This document shows, piece by piece, positions 27,622-37,780 of a stretch of 38,068 bases of DNA (position 1 is its first letter; each line of letters starts with the position of its first letter). The position numbers were made by a program, and so were the translations under genes. Source of the stretch: a virus (lineage: Duplodnaviria; Heunggongvirae; Uroviricota; Caudoviricetes); IMG/VR virus record IMGVR_UViG_2534682157_000015, one strand, 5' to 3'. The notes beneath the pieces are model-generated. The model ran no database searches. It was not told the origin of the DNA and worked only from the letters and a program-made list of their open reading frames with translations.

Positions 27622-28793
27622 ATGGCTCAGGATTACCACCACGGGGTGCGCGTTGTTGAAGTCAACGAAGGCACCCGATCCATTACCACGGTGAGCACTG
27701 CCATCGTGGGTATGGTATGCACGGGCGATGATGCCGATGCAAAAATGTTTCCTCTTAATAAACCCGTGCTGATCACTGATGTGCTGACTGCCAGCGGTAA
27801 AGCGGGTGAGTCAGGCACGCTGGCTCGTTCGCTGGATGCCATCGCTGACCAGGCAAAACCCGTGACCGTTGTTGTGCGTGTGCCGCAGGGTGAAACGGAA
27901 GAAGAAACCACGACCAATATCATCGGAGCAGTGACCGCTGAAGGTAAAAAACAGGCATGAAAGCCCTGTTATCTGCCCAGTCACAGCTCGGCGTTAAACC
28001 GCGCATTCTCGGCGTGCCAGGTCACGACACGAAGGCGGTAGCTACTGAGTTGCTGAGCGTGGCGCAAAGCCTGCGTGGATTTGCTTACCTGTCAGCGTAT
28101 GGTTGCAAGACGGTGCAGGAAGCAATCACTTACCGTGAAAACTTCAGTCAGCGTGAAGGAATGCTGATCTGGCCCGACTTTACTGGCTGGGACACGGTGC
28201 TGAATGCCGAAGCAACGGCTTATGCCACCGCCCGTGCGCTTGGTCTGCGCGCCAAAATTGACGAGCAGACCGGATGGCACAAAAGCCTGTCCAACGTGGG
28301 CGTTAACGGTGTCACCGGAATTTCTGCTGATGTGTTCTGGGATCTGCAGGACCCGGCAACCGATGCGGGACTGCTGAACCAGAACGACGTCACCACCCTT
28401 ATCCGCAAAGACGGTTTTCGCTTCTGGGGTTCCCGCTGCCTGAGTGATGACCCGCTCTTTGCCTTCGAAAACTACACCCGCACGGCGCAGGTGCTGACGG
28501 ACACGATGGCAGAAGCGCACATGTGGGCGGTGGATAAACCGCTGAATCCGTCGCTGGCCCGCGACATTATCGAGGGTATCCGCGCCAAAATGCGCAGCCT
28601 GGTCAGTCAGGGCTATCTCATTGGTGGTGATTGCTGGCTGGATGAGTCGGTGAACGACAAAGACACGCTGAAAGCCGGAAAACTCACCATCGACTACGAC
28701 TACACGCCAGTGCCGCCACTTGAAAACCTGATGCTGCGTCAGCGCATCACCGATCAGTACCTGGTGAATTTCTCCAGCCAGGTCAGCGCGTAA
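27622..28793 (+). pseudogene. FI: Tail sheath protein (P2 gpFI-like), interrupted by a 1-nt frameshift at an A6 run (27946-27951)
   Basis: ORFs 27622-27960 and 27957-28793 in different frames; reading the run as A7 gives one ORF of about 390 aa; N-terminus [19 protein letters not shown] sheath-like. Confidence 0.85.
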
Positions 28794-28802
28794 GGGGACA
28801 AC

Positions 28803-29318
28803 ATGGCTTTACCACGCAAATTAAAACACCTGAACCTGTTTAATGACGGGAACAACTGGCAGGGGATCGTTGAGTCGCTGACGCTGCCGAAATTTACCCG
28901 CAAATATGAGAAGTATCGCGGCGGCGGAATGCCGGGTGCAGTGGATGTGGATCTGGGGCTGGATGACGGCGCACTGGATACGGAATTTTCCATTGGTGGT
29001 ACTGAACTGCTGCTGTTTAAGCAGATGGGCAAAGCCACGGTGGATGGTATCCAGTTGCGCTTTACCGGCTCTATCCAGCGTGACGATTCCGGGGAAGTGC
29101 AGGCCGTGGAGCTTGTGGTGCGTGGACGTCACAAAGAAGTGGATTCCGGCGAGTGGAAGACGGGCGAAAGCAACACCACCAAAGTGACCAGTACCAACAG
29201 CTACGCGAAGCTGACTATAAATGGTGAGGTGCTCTATGAAGTGGACCTTATCAACATGGTGGAAATTGTGGACGGTGTGGACCTGATGGAAGCGCACCGC
29301 AACGCCCTCGGCCTCTGA
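28803..29318 (+). CDS. FII: Tail tube protein (P2 gpFII-like), 171 aa
   Basis: Size and position after sheath. Confidence 0.9.
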   Translation: MALPRKLKHLNLFNDGNNWQGIVESLTLPKFTRKYEKYRGGGMPGAVDVDLGLDDGALDTEFSIGGTELLLFKQMGKATVDGIQLRFTGSIQRDDSGEVQAVELVVRGRHKEVDSGEWKTGESNTTKVTSTNSYAKLTINGEVLYEVDLINMVEIVDGVDLMEAHRNALGL

Positions 29319-29372
29319 TGTATCTGAACGGCGCGGGATACCGCGCCAGAACCCAATTTACAGGACAGCAAA

Positions 29373-29675
29373 ATGAGCGATAAGCAGACTGAAAAGACTA
29401 TTCAACTGGATACCCCCATCAAGCGCGGTAAAACAGAAATCACCGAAATTGTGCTGCGTAAACCGCAGTCCGGTGCGCTGCGCGGTACACGCCTGCAGGC
29501 CATTATGGATATGGATGTGAACGCGATGATGACCGTGATCCCCCGCATCTCCAGTCCGGCACTGACTGCACAGGAAATTGCAGAGATGGACCCGGCAGAT
29601 CTCACTGCCATGTCGGTTGAGGTTGTCACTTTTTTGTTGAAGAAGTCGGTGCTTGCCGGTTTACCGACAGCCTGA
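29373..29675 (+). CDS. E: Tail assembly chaperone E (P2 gpE-like), 100 aa
   Basis: Position before tape measure; contains slippery TTTTTTG near 3' end. Confidence 0.8.
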   Translation: MSDKQTEKTIQLDTPIKRGKTEITEIVLRKPQSGALRGTRLQAIMDMDVNAMMTVIPRISSPALTAQEIAEMDPADLTAMSVEVVTFLLKKSVLAGLPTA

Positions 29676-29808
29676 CGGTTGACGATCTGGTGGCTGATAT
29701 CGCCACCATCTTTCACTGGCCGCCATCCGTTACTGACGTTATGCCGCTGACCGAAGTGCTGGAATGGCGGTATAAAGCGATTCAGAGAAGCGGGGCCAAC
29801 GATGAGTG
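29373..29808 (+). CDS. E': E+E' extended chaperone made by programmed -1 ribosomal frameshift at TTTTTTG (about 29630-29636)
   Basis: -1 frame after the heptamer is open to a TGA at about 29806-29808, overlapping the T start; conserved P2-family arrangement. Confidence 0.6.
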
Positions 29809-32800
29809 ATAATAACCTGCGCCTGCAGGTCATTCTTAATGCGGTTGACAAACTCACCCGCCCATTCCGTGCTGCACAGGCCAGTTCGAAAGAGCTGGCT
29901 GGCGCAATTCAGAATACCCGAAACAGCCTCAAAGAACTGAATAAGCAGGCTGGCAGAATTGATGAATTTCGCAAGACGCGCTCGCAACTAGCCATAACAG
30001 CCAACAACCTGAACGCAGCCCGCGAAGAGGCGGCAAAACTCGCCACACAATTTGCTGCCACTAACAGGCCAACCGCCGCGCAGGCAAAGTTATTCAGTCA
30101 GGCCAAAACACGAGTACAGGAACTTCAGCAGACCTATAACGGCTTGTTGGGGGCGGTCCAGAGACAACGTCAGGCACTTAAAGAATCAGGGATTGATACC
30201 AGACAACTCAGTAGTGCCCAGCGAGAACTTAAGAAAAATGCCGAAGAAACTCGTCAGGCACTGGAGGGCCAGCAAAAAGCACTTAAACGTCTGGGTGAAC
30301 AACAGGCACGGATGAACGTTGCCAGAGAACAATACTCAAGACGGCTTGAAGTGCGCGATCGCATCGCAGGAGCCGGAGCCACCACCACGGCTGCAGGGCT
30401 GGCAATGGGCGCGCCAGTGATGGCGGCGGTAAAAAGCTATACCAGCATGGAAGATGCCATGAAAGGTGTGGCAAAGCAGGTCAATGGTCTGCGTGACGAT
30501 AATGGCAACCGCACTGCGCGTTTTTACGAAATGCAGGATGCCATCAAAGCTGCCAGTGAACAGCTGCCAATGGAAAACGGTGCTGTGGACTTCGCCGCAC
30601 TGGTTGAAGGTGGTGCGCGCATGAATGTGGCAAACCCTGACGACAGCTGGGAGGACCAGAAACGTGACCTGCTGGCCTTCGCCAGTACGGCAGCAAAAGC
30701 GGCAACAGCCTTTGAGCTGCCAGCGGATGAACTGTCAGAAAGTCTGGGGAAAATCGCCCAGCTCTACAAAATACCAACCCGCAATATTGAACAGCTCGGT
30801 GATGCGCTGAACTATCTGGATGATAACGCTATGTCGAAAGGGGCAGACATCATTGATGTCATGCAACGCCTGGGCGGTGTGGCTGATCGTCTGGATTATC
30901 GTAAAGCGGCGGCGCTGGGTTCCACCTTCCTGACACTGGGGGCTGCGCCGGAGGTCGCTGCCAGTGCTGCCAACGCGATGGTGCGTGAATTGTCCATTGC
31001 GACCATGCAAAGCAAGAGTTTCTTTGAAGGAATGAATCTGCTGAAACTCAATCCTGAAGTGATTGAAAAGCAGATGACGAAGGATGCGATGGGAACTATC
31101 CAGCGCGTACTGGAGAAGGTGAACGCACTGCCGCAGGATAAGCGCCTGTCTGCCATGACCATGTTGTTTGGTAAAGAGTTTGGCGATGATGCGGCGAAAC
31201 TGGCAAACAACCTGCCGGAACTGCAGCGCCAGCTAAAACTGACAGCGGGCAATGATGCGCTCGGTTCGATGCAGAAAGAATCCGACATTAACAAGGACTC
31301 ACTTTCTGCGCAGTGGTTGCTGGTCAAAACCGGAGCGCAGAACACCTTCAGCAGCCTGGGCGAAACGCTGCGCCAGCCGCTGATGGATATTCTGTACACG
31401 GTGAAAAGCATCACGGGGGCGTTGCGTCGCTGGGTGGAAGCTAACCCTGAACTGACGGGCACACTGATGAAAGTAGCCGCGGTTGTGGCTGCTGTTACTG
31501 TGGGCCTCGGCACCCTGGCTGTGGTGTTGGCTGCTGTGCTGGGGCCGCTGGCAGTCATCCGTCTGGGATTCTCTGTGCTGGGTATCAAAACGTTACCTTC
31601 CGTTACGGCAGCAGTAACGCGAACCAGCAGCGCGTTGTCCTGGTTGGCTGGCGCACCACTTGCACTGCTGCGACGCGGGCTTGCTTCATCGGGCAACGCC
31701 GCAGGTTTACTTACTGCGCCGTTGTCGTCTTTGCGCCGCACGGCATCACTGACGGGAAATGTCCTGAAAACTGTAGCAGGTGCGCCGGTTGCACTTTTGC
31801 GGTCTGGATTATCCGGTTTACGTGCTGTTGCTGTGATGTTTATGAATCCTCTGGCGGTACTGCGCGGTGGACTGGCCTCCGCAGGCACGGTGCTGCGAGT
31901 ACTGGCATCTGGTCCACTAGCGATGCTGCGCGTTGCCCTGTATGCCGTATCTGGTCTGTTAGGTGCTCTGCTCAGTCCGATAGGTCTTGTGGTTACTGCA
32001 CTGGCGGGCGTGGCGCTGGTTGTCTGGAAATACTGGCAACCCATCACCGCATTTCTTGGTGGCGTGGTGGAAGGATTCAAAGCGGCGGCAGGTCCCGTCA
32101 GTGCAGCATTCGAACCGCTTAAGCCCGTGTTCCAGTGGATTGGCGACAAAGTACAGGCGCTGTGGGGCTGGTTTACTGATCTGCTGACGCCCGTTAAGTC
32201 GACCTCTGCCGAACTGCAGAGTGCAGCGGCAATGGGGCGGCGATTCGGGGAGGCATTGGCGGAAGGGCTGAATATGGTCATGCATCCGCTGGACTCCCTG
32301 AAATCCGGCGTTTCCTGGTTGCTGGAGAAACTCGGCATTGTCAGTAAAGAGGCTGCAAAGGCGAAACTGCCGGAAAGAGTGACGCGTCAGCAACCTGCGA
32401 CGGTGAATGCAGACGGTAAAGTGATGATGCCATCGGGTGCTTTTCCGTCATGGGGATATGGCTTTGCGGGGATGTATGACAGCGGCGGCTATATCCCGCG
32501 CGGGCAGTTTGGCATCGTCGGTGAAAACGGGCCGGAAATTGTTAACGGCCCGGCAAATGTGACCAGCCGGAGAAATACTGCTGCACTGGCTGCCGTTGTT
32601 GCCGGAATGATGGGCGTTGCTGCCGCGCCTGCAGAGCTTCCACCGTTGCATCCTTTGGCACTTCCCGCGAAAGGCGGCGAAGCGATGGTGAGTCGTGCAG
32701 CCACTGTGCCGCCCGTTCACCGGATTGAGGCACCGACGCAGATCATCATTCAGACGCAGCCAGGACAAAGTGCGCAGGATATTGCGCGGGAGGTGGCACG

Positions 32801-32879
32801 CCAGCTTGATGAACGTGAACGCAGGCTGAAGGCAAAAGCCAGGAGTAACTACAGCGATCAGGGGGGATACGACGCATGA
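29802..32879 (+). CDS. T: Tail tape measure protein (P2 gpT-like), 1025 aa
   Basis: Very long Ala/Leu-rich ORF after E/E'. Confidence 0.9.
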   Translation: MSDNNLRLQVILNAVDKLTRPFRAAQASSKELAGAIQNTRNSLKELNKQAGRIDEFRKTRSQLAITANNLNAAREEAAKLATQFAATNRPTAAQAKLFSQAKTRVQELQQTYNGLLGAVQRQRQALKESGIDTRQLSSAQRELKKNAEETRQALEGQQKALKRLGEQQARMNVAREQYSRRLEVRDRIAGAGATTTAAGLAMGAPVMAAVKSYTSMEDAMKGVAKQVNGLRDDNGNRTARFYEMQDAIKAASEQLPMENGAVDFAALVEGGARMNVANPDDSWEDQKRDLLAFASTAAKAATAFELPADELSESLGKIAQLYKIPTRNIEQLGDALNYLDDNAMSKGADIIDVMQRLGGVADRLDYRKAAALGSTFLTLGAAPEVAASAANAMVRELSIATMQSKSFFEGMNLLKLNPEVIEKQMTKDAMGTIQRVLEKVNALPQDKRLSAMTMLFGKEFGDDAAKLANNLPELQRQLKLTAGNDALGSMQKESDINKDSLSAQWLLVKTGAQNTFSSLGETLRQPLMDILYTVKSITGALRRWVEANPELTGTLMKVAAVVAAVTVGLGTLAVVLAAVLGPLAVIRLGFSVLGIKTLPSVTAAVTRTSSALSWLAGAPLALLRRGLASSGNAAGLLTAPLSSLRRTASLTGNVLKTVAGAPVALLRSGLSGLRAVAVMFMNPLAVLRGGLASAGTVLRVLASGPLAMLRVALYAVSGLLGALLSPIGLVVTALAGVALVVWKYWQPITAFLGGVVEGFKAAAGPVSAAFEPLKPVFQWIGDKVQALWGWFTDLLTPVKSTSAELQSAAAMGRRFGEALAEGLNMVMHPLDSLKSGVSWLLEKLGIVSKEAAKAKLPERVTRQQPATVNADGKVMMPSGAFPSWGYGFAGMYDSGGYIPRGQFGIVGENGPEIVNGPANVTSRRNTAALAAVVAGMMGVAAAPAELPPLHPLALPAKGGEAMVSRAATVPPVHRIEAPTQIIIQTQPGQSAQDIAREVARQLDERERRLKAKARSNYSDQGGYDA

Positions 32880-33361
32880 TGATGGTGCTGGGATTGTACG
32901 TGTTTATGCTGCGCACCGTTCCGTATCAGGAACTGCAGTATCAACGCAGCTGGCGACATGCGGCAAACAGCCGGGTAAACCGTCGTCCGTCCACGCAATT
33001 TCTGGGACCGGACAACGACATGCTGACGCTTTCTGGTGTTCTTATGCCGGAGATAACGGGCGGCAGGCTGTCGTTGCTGGCTCTGGAGCAGATGGCAGAA
33101 CAGGGAAAAGCATGGCCCCTGATTGAAGGCAGCGGCACGATTTACGGCATGTATGTGATTGAGGGACTGAATCAGACTAAAACGGAGTTTTTCCGCGATG
33201 GTATGCCGCGCCGGATTGAGTTTACCCTGTCGCTCAAACGGGTGGATGAATCCCTGTCCGATATGTTCGGTGATCTCAGTGCGCAGCTGAATAATTTGCA
33301 GGATACGGCAACGTCTGCCTTAAGCGATATCAGTAAAACGGTGGGAGGGCTGCTGTCGTGA
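32876..33361 (+). CDS. U: Tail protein (P2 gpU-like), 161 aa
   Basis: Size and position as P2 U. Confidence 0.85.
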   Translation: MMMVLGLYVFMLRTVPYQELQYQRSWRHAANSRVNRRPSTQFLGPDNDMLTLSGVLMPEITGGRLSLLALEQMAEQGKAWPLIEGSGTIYGMYVIEGLNQTKTEFFRDGMPRRIEFTLSLKRVDESLSDMFGDLSAQLNNLQDTATSALSDISKTVGGLLS

Positions 33362-34458
33362 ATTTCAGCTCTGAACTGCTTAACAAAGGCAACAAAACTC
33401 CCGCATTCAGCATCAGTATTGAGGGGAAGGATATCACCACTGTGCTGGACAAACGCCTGATGGGGCTTACGCTGACGGATAACCGGGGCTTTGAAGCGGA
33501 CCAGCTTGATCTGGAGCTGGACGACGCCGACGGAAAAATCGTGCTGCCGCGCCGTGGTGCGGTCATTACGCTGGCGCTGGGCTGGAAGGGGCAGCCGCTT
33601 TTCCCGAAAGGGGCATTCACGGTGGACGAGATTGAACACACTGGCGCACCGGACCGCCTGACTATCCGGGCGCGAAGTGCTGATTTTCGTGAAACGCTGA
33701 ATACCCGCCGTGAAAAGTCGTGGCACAAGACCACCGTTGGGGAAGTGGTGAAGGAAATAGCTGCGCGGCACAAACTGAAGATGGCATTGGGTAAAGATCT
33801 GTCAGATAAACCCGTGGAACATATAGACCAGACCAATGAGAGTGACGGCAGTTTTCTGATGCGGCTGGCGCGCCAGTACGGTGCTATTTCATCGGTGAAA
33901 AATGGCAATCTGTTATTCATCCGGCAGGGTCAGGGCAAAAGTGCCAGCGGTAAACCACTGCCGGTGATAACTATCACACGTAAGGACGGCGACAGTCACC
34001 GCTTTACCCTGGCAGATCGCGGAGCTTACACGGGCGTAATTGCCAGCTGGTTGCATACCCGCGAACCCGCGAAGAAAGAAAGCACCACGGTGAAGCGTAA
34101 GCGCAGGACTAAGAAGCAGAAGAAAGAGCCGGAAGCGAAGCAGGGCGATTACCTGGTGGGTACGGATGAAAACGTGCTGGTACTCAATCGCACCTATGCC
34201 AACCGGAGTAACGCCGAACGGGCAGCGAAAATGCAGTGGGAACGCCTGCAACGCGGCGTTGCGTCATTCTCGCTACAACTGGCGGAAGGGCGGGCAGATC
34301 TCTACACGGAAATGCCTGTGAAGGTCAGTGGTTTTAAACAGCCGATAGATGATGCGGAATGGACCATTACGACTCTGACACATACCGTCAGCCCGGATAA
34401 CGGTTTTACGACCAGTCTGGAGCTTGAAGTGAGGATTGATGATTTCGAAATGGAATGA
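33358..34458 (+). CDS. D: Tail protein / late control protein D (P2 gpD-like), 366 aa
   Basis: Size and position as P2 D. Confidence 0.85.
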   Translation: MNFSSELLNKGNKTPAFSISIEGKDITTVLDKRLMGLTLTDNRGFEADQLDLELDDADGKIVLPRRGAVITLALGWKGQPLFPKGAFTVDEIEHTGAPDRLTIRARSADFRETLNTRREKSWHKTTVGEVVKEIAARHKLKMALGKDLSDKPVEHIDQTNESDGSFLMRLARQYGAISSVKNGNLLFIRQGQGKSASGKPLPVITITRKDGDSHRFTLADRGAYTGVIASWLHTREPAKKESTTVKRKRRTKKQKKEPEAKQGDYLVGTDENVLVLNRTYANRSNAERAAKMQWERLQRGVASFSLQLAEGRADLYTEMPVKVSGFKQPIDDAEWTITTLTHTVSPDNGFTTSLELEVRIDDFEME

Positions 34459-34548
34459 TTCTTCGCAATGGAGAACTTTTAAGTTTGCGAAATGGAATAA
34501 TGCGGTATCATTATTGTGATTTTAGCAAAAATGGGGAGAACTCGAAAA

Positions 34549-34767
34549 ATGATGATTTGCCCACTGTGTGGAAGTGCCGCCCATACTCGCAGCAGTTTTC
34601 AGGTATCTTCATTGACCAAAGAGCGTTACAACCAGTGCCAGAATATTAACTGCAGCCATACTTTTGTTACCCATGAAACTTTTGTTCGTTCGATTGCAAC
34701 GCCAAAAGAGTCAAATCCGGTTCAGCCGCATCCAATGAAATCAGGACAGGTGGCGCTCTCTCTTTGA
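34549..34767 (+). CDS. ogr: Ogr/B-type zinc-finger late-gene activator, about 72 aa
   Basis: CPLCG ... CQNINCSHTF Cys4 arrangement; last phage gene before the host junction. Confidence 0.8.
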   Translation: MMICPLCGSAAHTRSSFQVSSLTKERYNQCQNINCSHTFVTHETFVRSIATPKESNPVQPHPMKSGQVALSL

Positions 34768-34853
34768 CGCTGCCGCCATTTTGTCGCCATCGATAAAAAA
34801 CAGTGCTTCTAACATCATGATTTTAAAAGGCATAAATTTCAGGCAACAAAAAA

Positions 34854-34890
34854 CCCATCAACCTTGAACCGAAATGGCGGGGTTGATGGG
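34854..34890 (-). terminator. Hairpin plus T-tract on minus strand; probable host intrinsic terminator downstream of ybjL
   Basis: CCCATCAACC-17nt-GGTTGATGGG followed on minus strand by TTTTTTGTT. Confidence 0.4.
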
Positions 34891-35002
34891 CTCCACAAAA
34901 TGGGGACATCAAAGAAAAGCAGTGGCACTAATTAAGACTGATGCCCTGCGGAAAAGTTCTGCGGTTGTGCAAAAAAATTTCATTTTCAGGGCAACTTCAG
35001 TT

Positions 35003-36688
35003 TTATCCTAATCCTGGCCATACCATGACGATGATTGTCCCTGCCAGCGTCAGCAGGACGTTGGCGATTGCATAGGTGCCCGCATAGCCCAGCGCCGGGA
35101 TGTTACTGCGAGCTGTATCACTGATGATCTCCATTGCCGGCGCGCAGGTACGTGCGCCCATCATTGCGCCGAACAACAGTGCGCGGTTCATTCGCAATAC
35201 ATAAGCACCGAACAAGAAACAGATAACCACGGGCACCAGACTGACAATCAATCCGGCAATCAACATCTGACCGCCAATCGCGCCCAGGCCGTTATTAATA
35301 CCGCTACCGGCGCTCAGACCAACGCCTGCCATAAACACCATCAAGCCGAACTCTTTCACCATGCTTAATGCACCTTGCGGAATGTAACCGAAGGTCGGGT
35401 GGTTAGCACGCATAAAGCCCAGCATAATTCCGGCGAATAACAACCCGGCAGCGTTCCCCATGCCGAAACTGAATGTGCTGAACTGGAAGGTGATCATCCC
35501 GATCATCAGCCCAATAACAAAGAAGGCGCAGAATGCCAGCAGGTCAGTGACCTGGCTGTGAATCGAGATAAAGCCGATGCGATCGGCGATGGTTTTTACG
35601 CGGCGGGCATCGCCGCTGACTTGTAAAACGTCACCTTTGTTAAGCACGACGTTGTCATCTATCGGCATCTCAATCTGGCTACGAATGACGCGGTTAAGGA
35701 AGCAACCGTGATCGGTCAACTTCAGTTGTGCGAGACGTTTACCTACAGCGTTATGGTTTTTAACGACCACTTCTTCAGTGACGATACGCATGTCGAGAAG
35801 GTCGCGATCGAAAACTTCTTTGCCGTTACGGAAGCTGGGATCGAGTCGGGCGTGGGCGTCGGGATAGCCTACCAACGCTATTTCATCGCCCATTTGTAGC
35901 ACGGCATCACCGTCTGGATTTGCCAGAATCCCGTTACGTCGAATACGTTCAATGTAGCAGCCGGTTTGTCGATAAATACCCAGTTCACGCAGATTTTTGC
36001 CGTCGGTCCAGGCCACCAGTTCCGGGCCGACGCGATAGGCGCGGATCACCGGTAAATAAACCTTACGGTTGGCATCAGTGTCCAGGCCACGTTCGCGGGC
36101 GATTTGCTGGGCGCTGGTCTGTAAGTCCTGATGCTGCAATTTCGGCAAGTAACGCGCACCAACAATCAAACTCACCAGACCGATTAAATAGGTTAAGGCA
36201 TACCCGAGGCTCAGATTATCCAGTGCCAGTGAGAGCTGCCTGCTTTCCATGCCGGAATGACGCAGTGTATCGCCAGCACCGACCAGAACCGGTGTCGACG
36301 TCATAGAGCCTGCTAACATACCGGCCGTCAGGCCAATATCCCAGCCAAACAGCTTACCTAACCCTAAGGCGATCACCAGCGCACTGCCAACCATCACCAG
36401 TGCTAACATTAGGTAATTTTTCCCATCGCGAAAAAAAATGGAAAAAAAGTTCGGTCCGGCTTCGACCCCGACGCAGAAAATAAACAGCATAAAGCCAAGA
36501 TTAAGCGCATCGGTGTTAATGCTGAAATGTTGTTGGCCTAATAACAGCGATACGACTAAAACGCCAATGGAATTACCCAGTTGGATCGAACCAAGTCGTA
36601 ACTTTCCGAGACATAGCCCAAGCGCGAGGACCACAAATAATAACAGAATGTAATTCCCATTTAACAATTCGGCGACGTTTATATTCAC
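35003..36688 (-). CDS. ybjL: Putative transport protein YbjL (AAE-type transporter), 561 aa
   Basis: Polytopic membrane protein with central soluble domain; sequence recognised as E. coli YbjL. Confidence 0.85.
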
Positions 36689-36974
36689 GGAGGCTAACTT
36701 CTTGTTTACTAGTAAGCTGTTGAAAGAAATGGTAATTTACGATAATGTTTTTTACCAGAATTCAGGGCGCAGATTCATTCAGCGCACCTAAACGATAGTA
36801 AAGTAACAATATATTTTACTAGTGTAATCACATTAGGTATCAACGGCTATATGAATTGCGTTGGCCTATATTAGCATGGAATGCGAAGCGGCTTTATCTT
36901 ACTGAACGCCACACTGGCGAAAAATGTGTTCGATAGACGCAGTGTCAGGAGGAACGAGTGAAACATAAACAACG

Positions 36975-37334
36975 TTGGCGGGGGCAATCTGCTGTTTTGT
37001 CCTCTTCATTGTGGTGTGCCTTTTTCTGGCGACGCACATGAAAGGCGCTTTTCGGGCTGCCGGGCATCCTGAAATCGGCTTGCTATTTTTCATTCTTCCT
37101 GGAGCAGTCGCCAGCTTCTTTTCACAGCGTAGAGAAGTCCTGAAACCTCTGTTTGGCGCAATGCTGGCGGCACCCTGTTCGATGCTCATTATGCGGCTGT
37201 TTTTTTCACCGACGCGCTCATTCTGGCAAGAGCTGGCATGGTTACTAAGCGCGGTGTTCTGGTGTGCGCTGGGGGCACTGTGTTTCTTATTTATCAGTAG
37301 TTTGTTTAAACCACAGCACAGAAAAAATCAGTAA
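36975..37334 (+). CDS. ybjM: Inner membrane protein YbjM (start uncertain)
   Basis: Hydrophobic 119-aa ORF between ybjL and grxA; track start is TTG. Confidence 0.6.
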   Translation: MAGAICCFVLFIVVCLFLATHMKGAFRAAGHPEIGLLFFILPGAVASFFSQRREVLKPLFGAMLAAPCSMLIMRLFFSPTRSFWQELAWLLSAVFWCALGALCFLFISSLFKPQHRKNQ

Positions 37335-37363
37335 AGCCCTCAACGCGAGGGCTTGTCAGACGA

Positions 37364-37621
37364 TCAGGCGTCCAGATTTTCTTTCACCCATGCAGCAAAA
37401 TCGGTATAGCCGCCGATATGTTGCTGATCGACAAAAATCTGCGGCACGGTTTCTACGGGTTTACCTGCCTTTTGTTGTAGATCTTCTTTAGTGATCCCTT
37501 CCGCACGAATATCTACATACTGATACTGAAAATCATCGCGTTCATTGCTCAATTTCTCAGCCAGATCTTTTGCACGCACACAGTAAGGGCAACCCGAACG
37601 ACCAAAAATAACGGTTTGCAT
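37364..37621 (-). CDS. grxA: Glutaredoxin 1, 85 aa
   Basis: CPYC active site in MQTVIFGRSGCPYCVRA; ATG at 37621. Confidence 0.9.
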   Translation of the reverse strand: MQTVIFGRSGCPYCVRAKDLAEKLSNERDDFQYQYVDIRAEGITKEDLQQKAGKPVETVPQIFVDQQHIGGYTDFAAWVKENLDA

Positions 37622-37780
37622 TATTTCTCTCCTCATAGATTTATGCCTGTAATGATCACGCTAAAATGTATTCGCTGAAAGTAGGTTTAACCTGTTGCAT
37701 TAATTGCTAAAAGCTATAACTGTTAAACACAATACAGTGAAAAGTTTTAGACTGAAGGCTCACTTTGCAGAGGGAAGCGT

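Larger units (their letters stand above)
1..34800. mobile_element. 186/P2-like prophage (Peduovirus-type); left end cut by the window at the int stop codon, right end between ogr and ybjL (about 34.77-34.85 kb)
   Basis: Contiguous P2/186 synteny: int, CI repressor, cII, dam, A replicase, portal, terminase, capsid, lysis, baseplate, tail fibre, sheath/tube, tape measure, D, ogr; host genes follow. Confidence 0.9.

Noticed and set aside
30896-32338. 480-aa ORF antisense to the tape measure gene
   Set aside because: Lies entirely inside the GC-rich T gene on the opposite strand with Ala/Ser/Pro/Arg-rich low-complexity translation; typical shadow ORF.
36958-36990. Possible start-region frameshift in ybjM (upstream GTG at 36958 is out of frame)
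   Set aside because: I cannot reliably recall the reference YbjM N-terminus, so the start is left uncertain rather than called a mutation.
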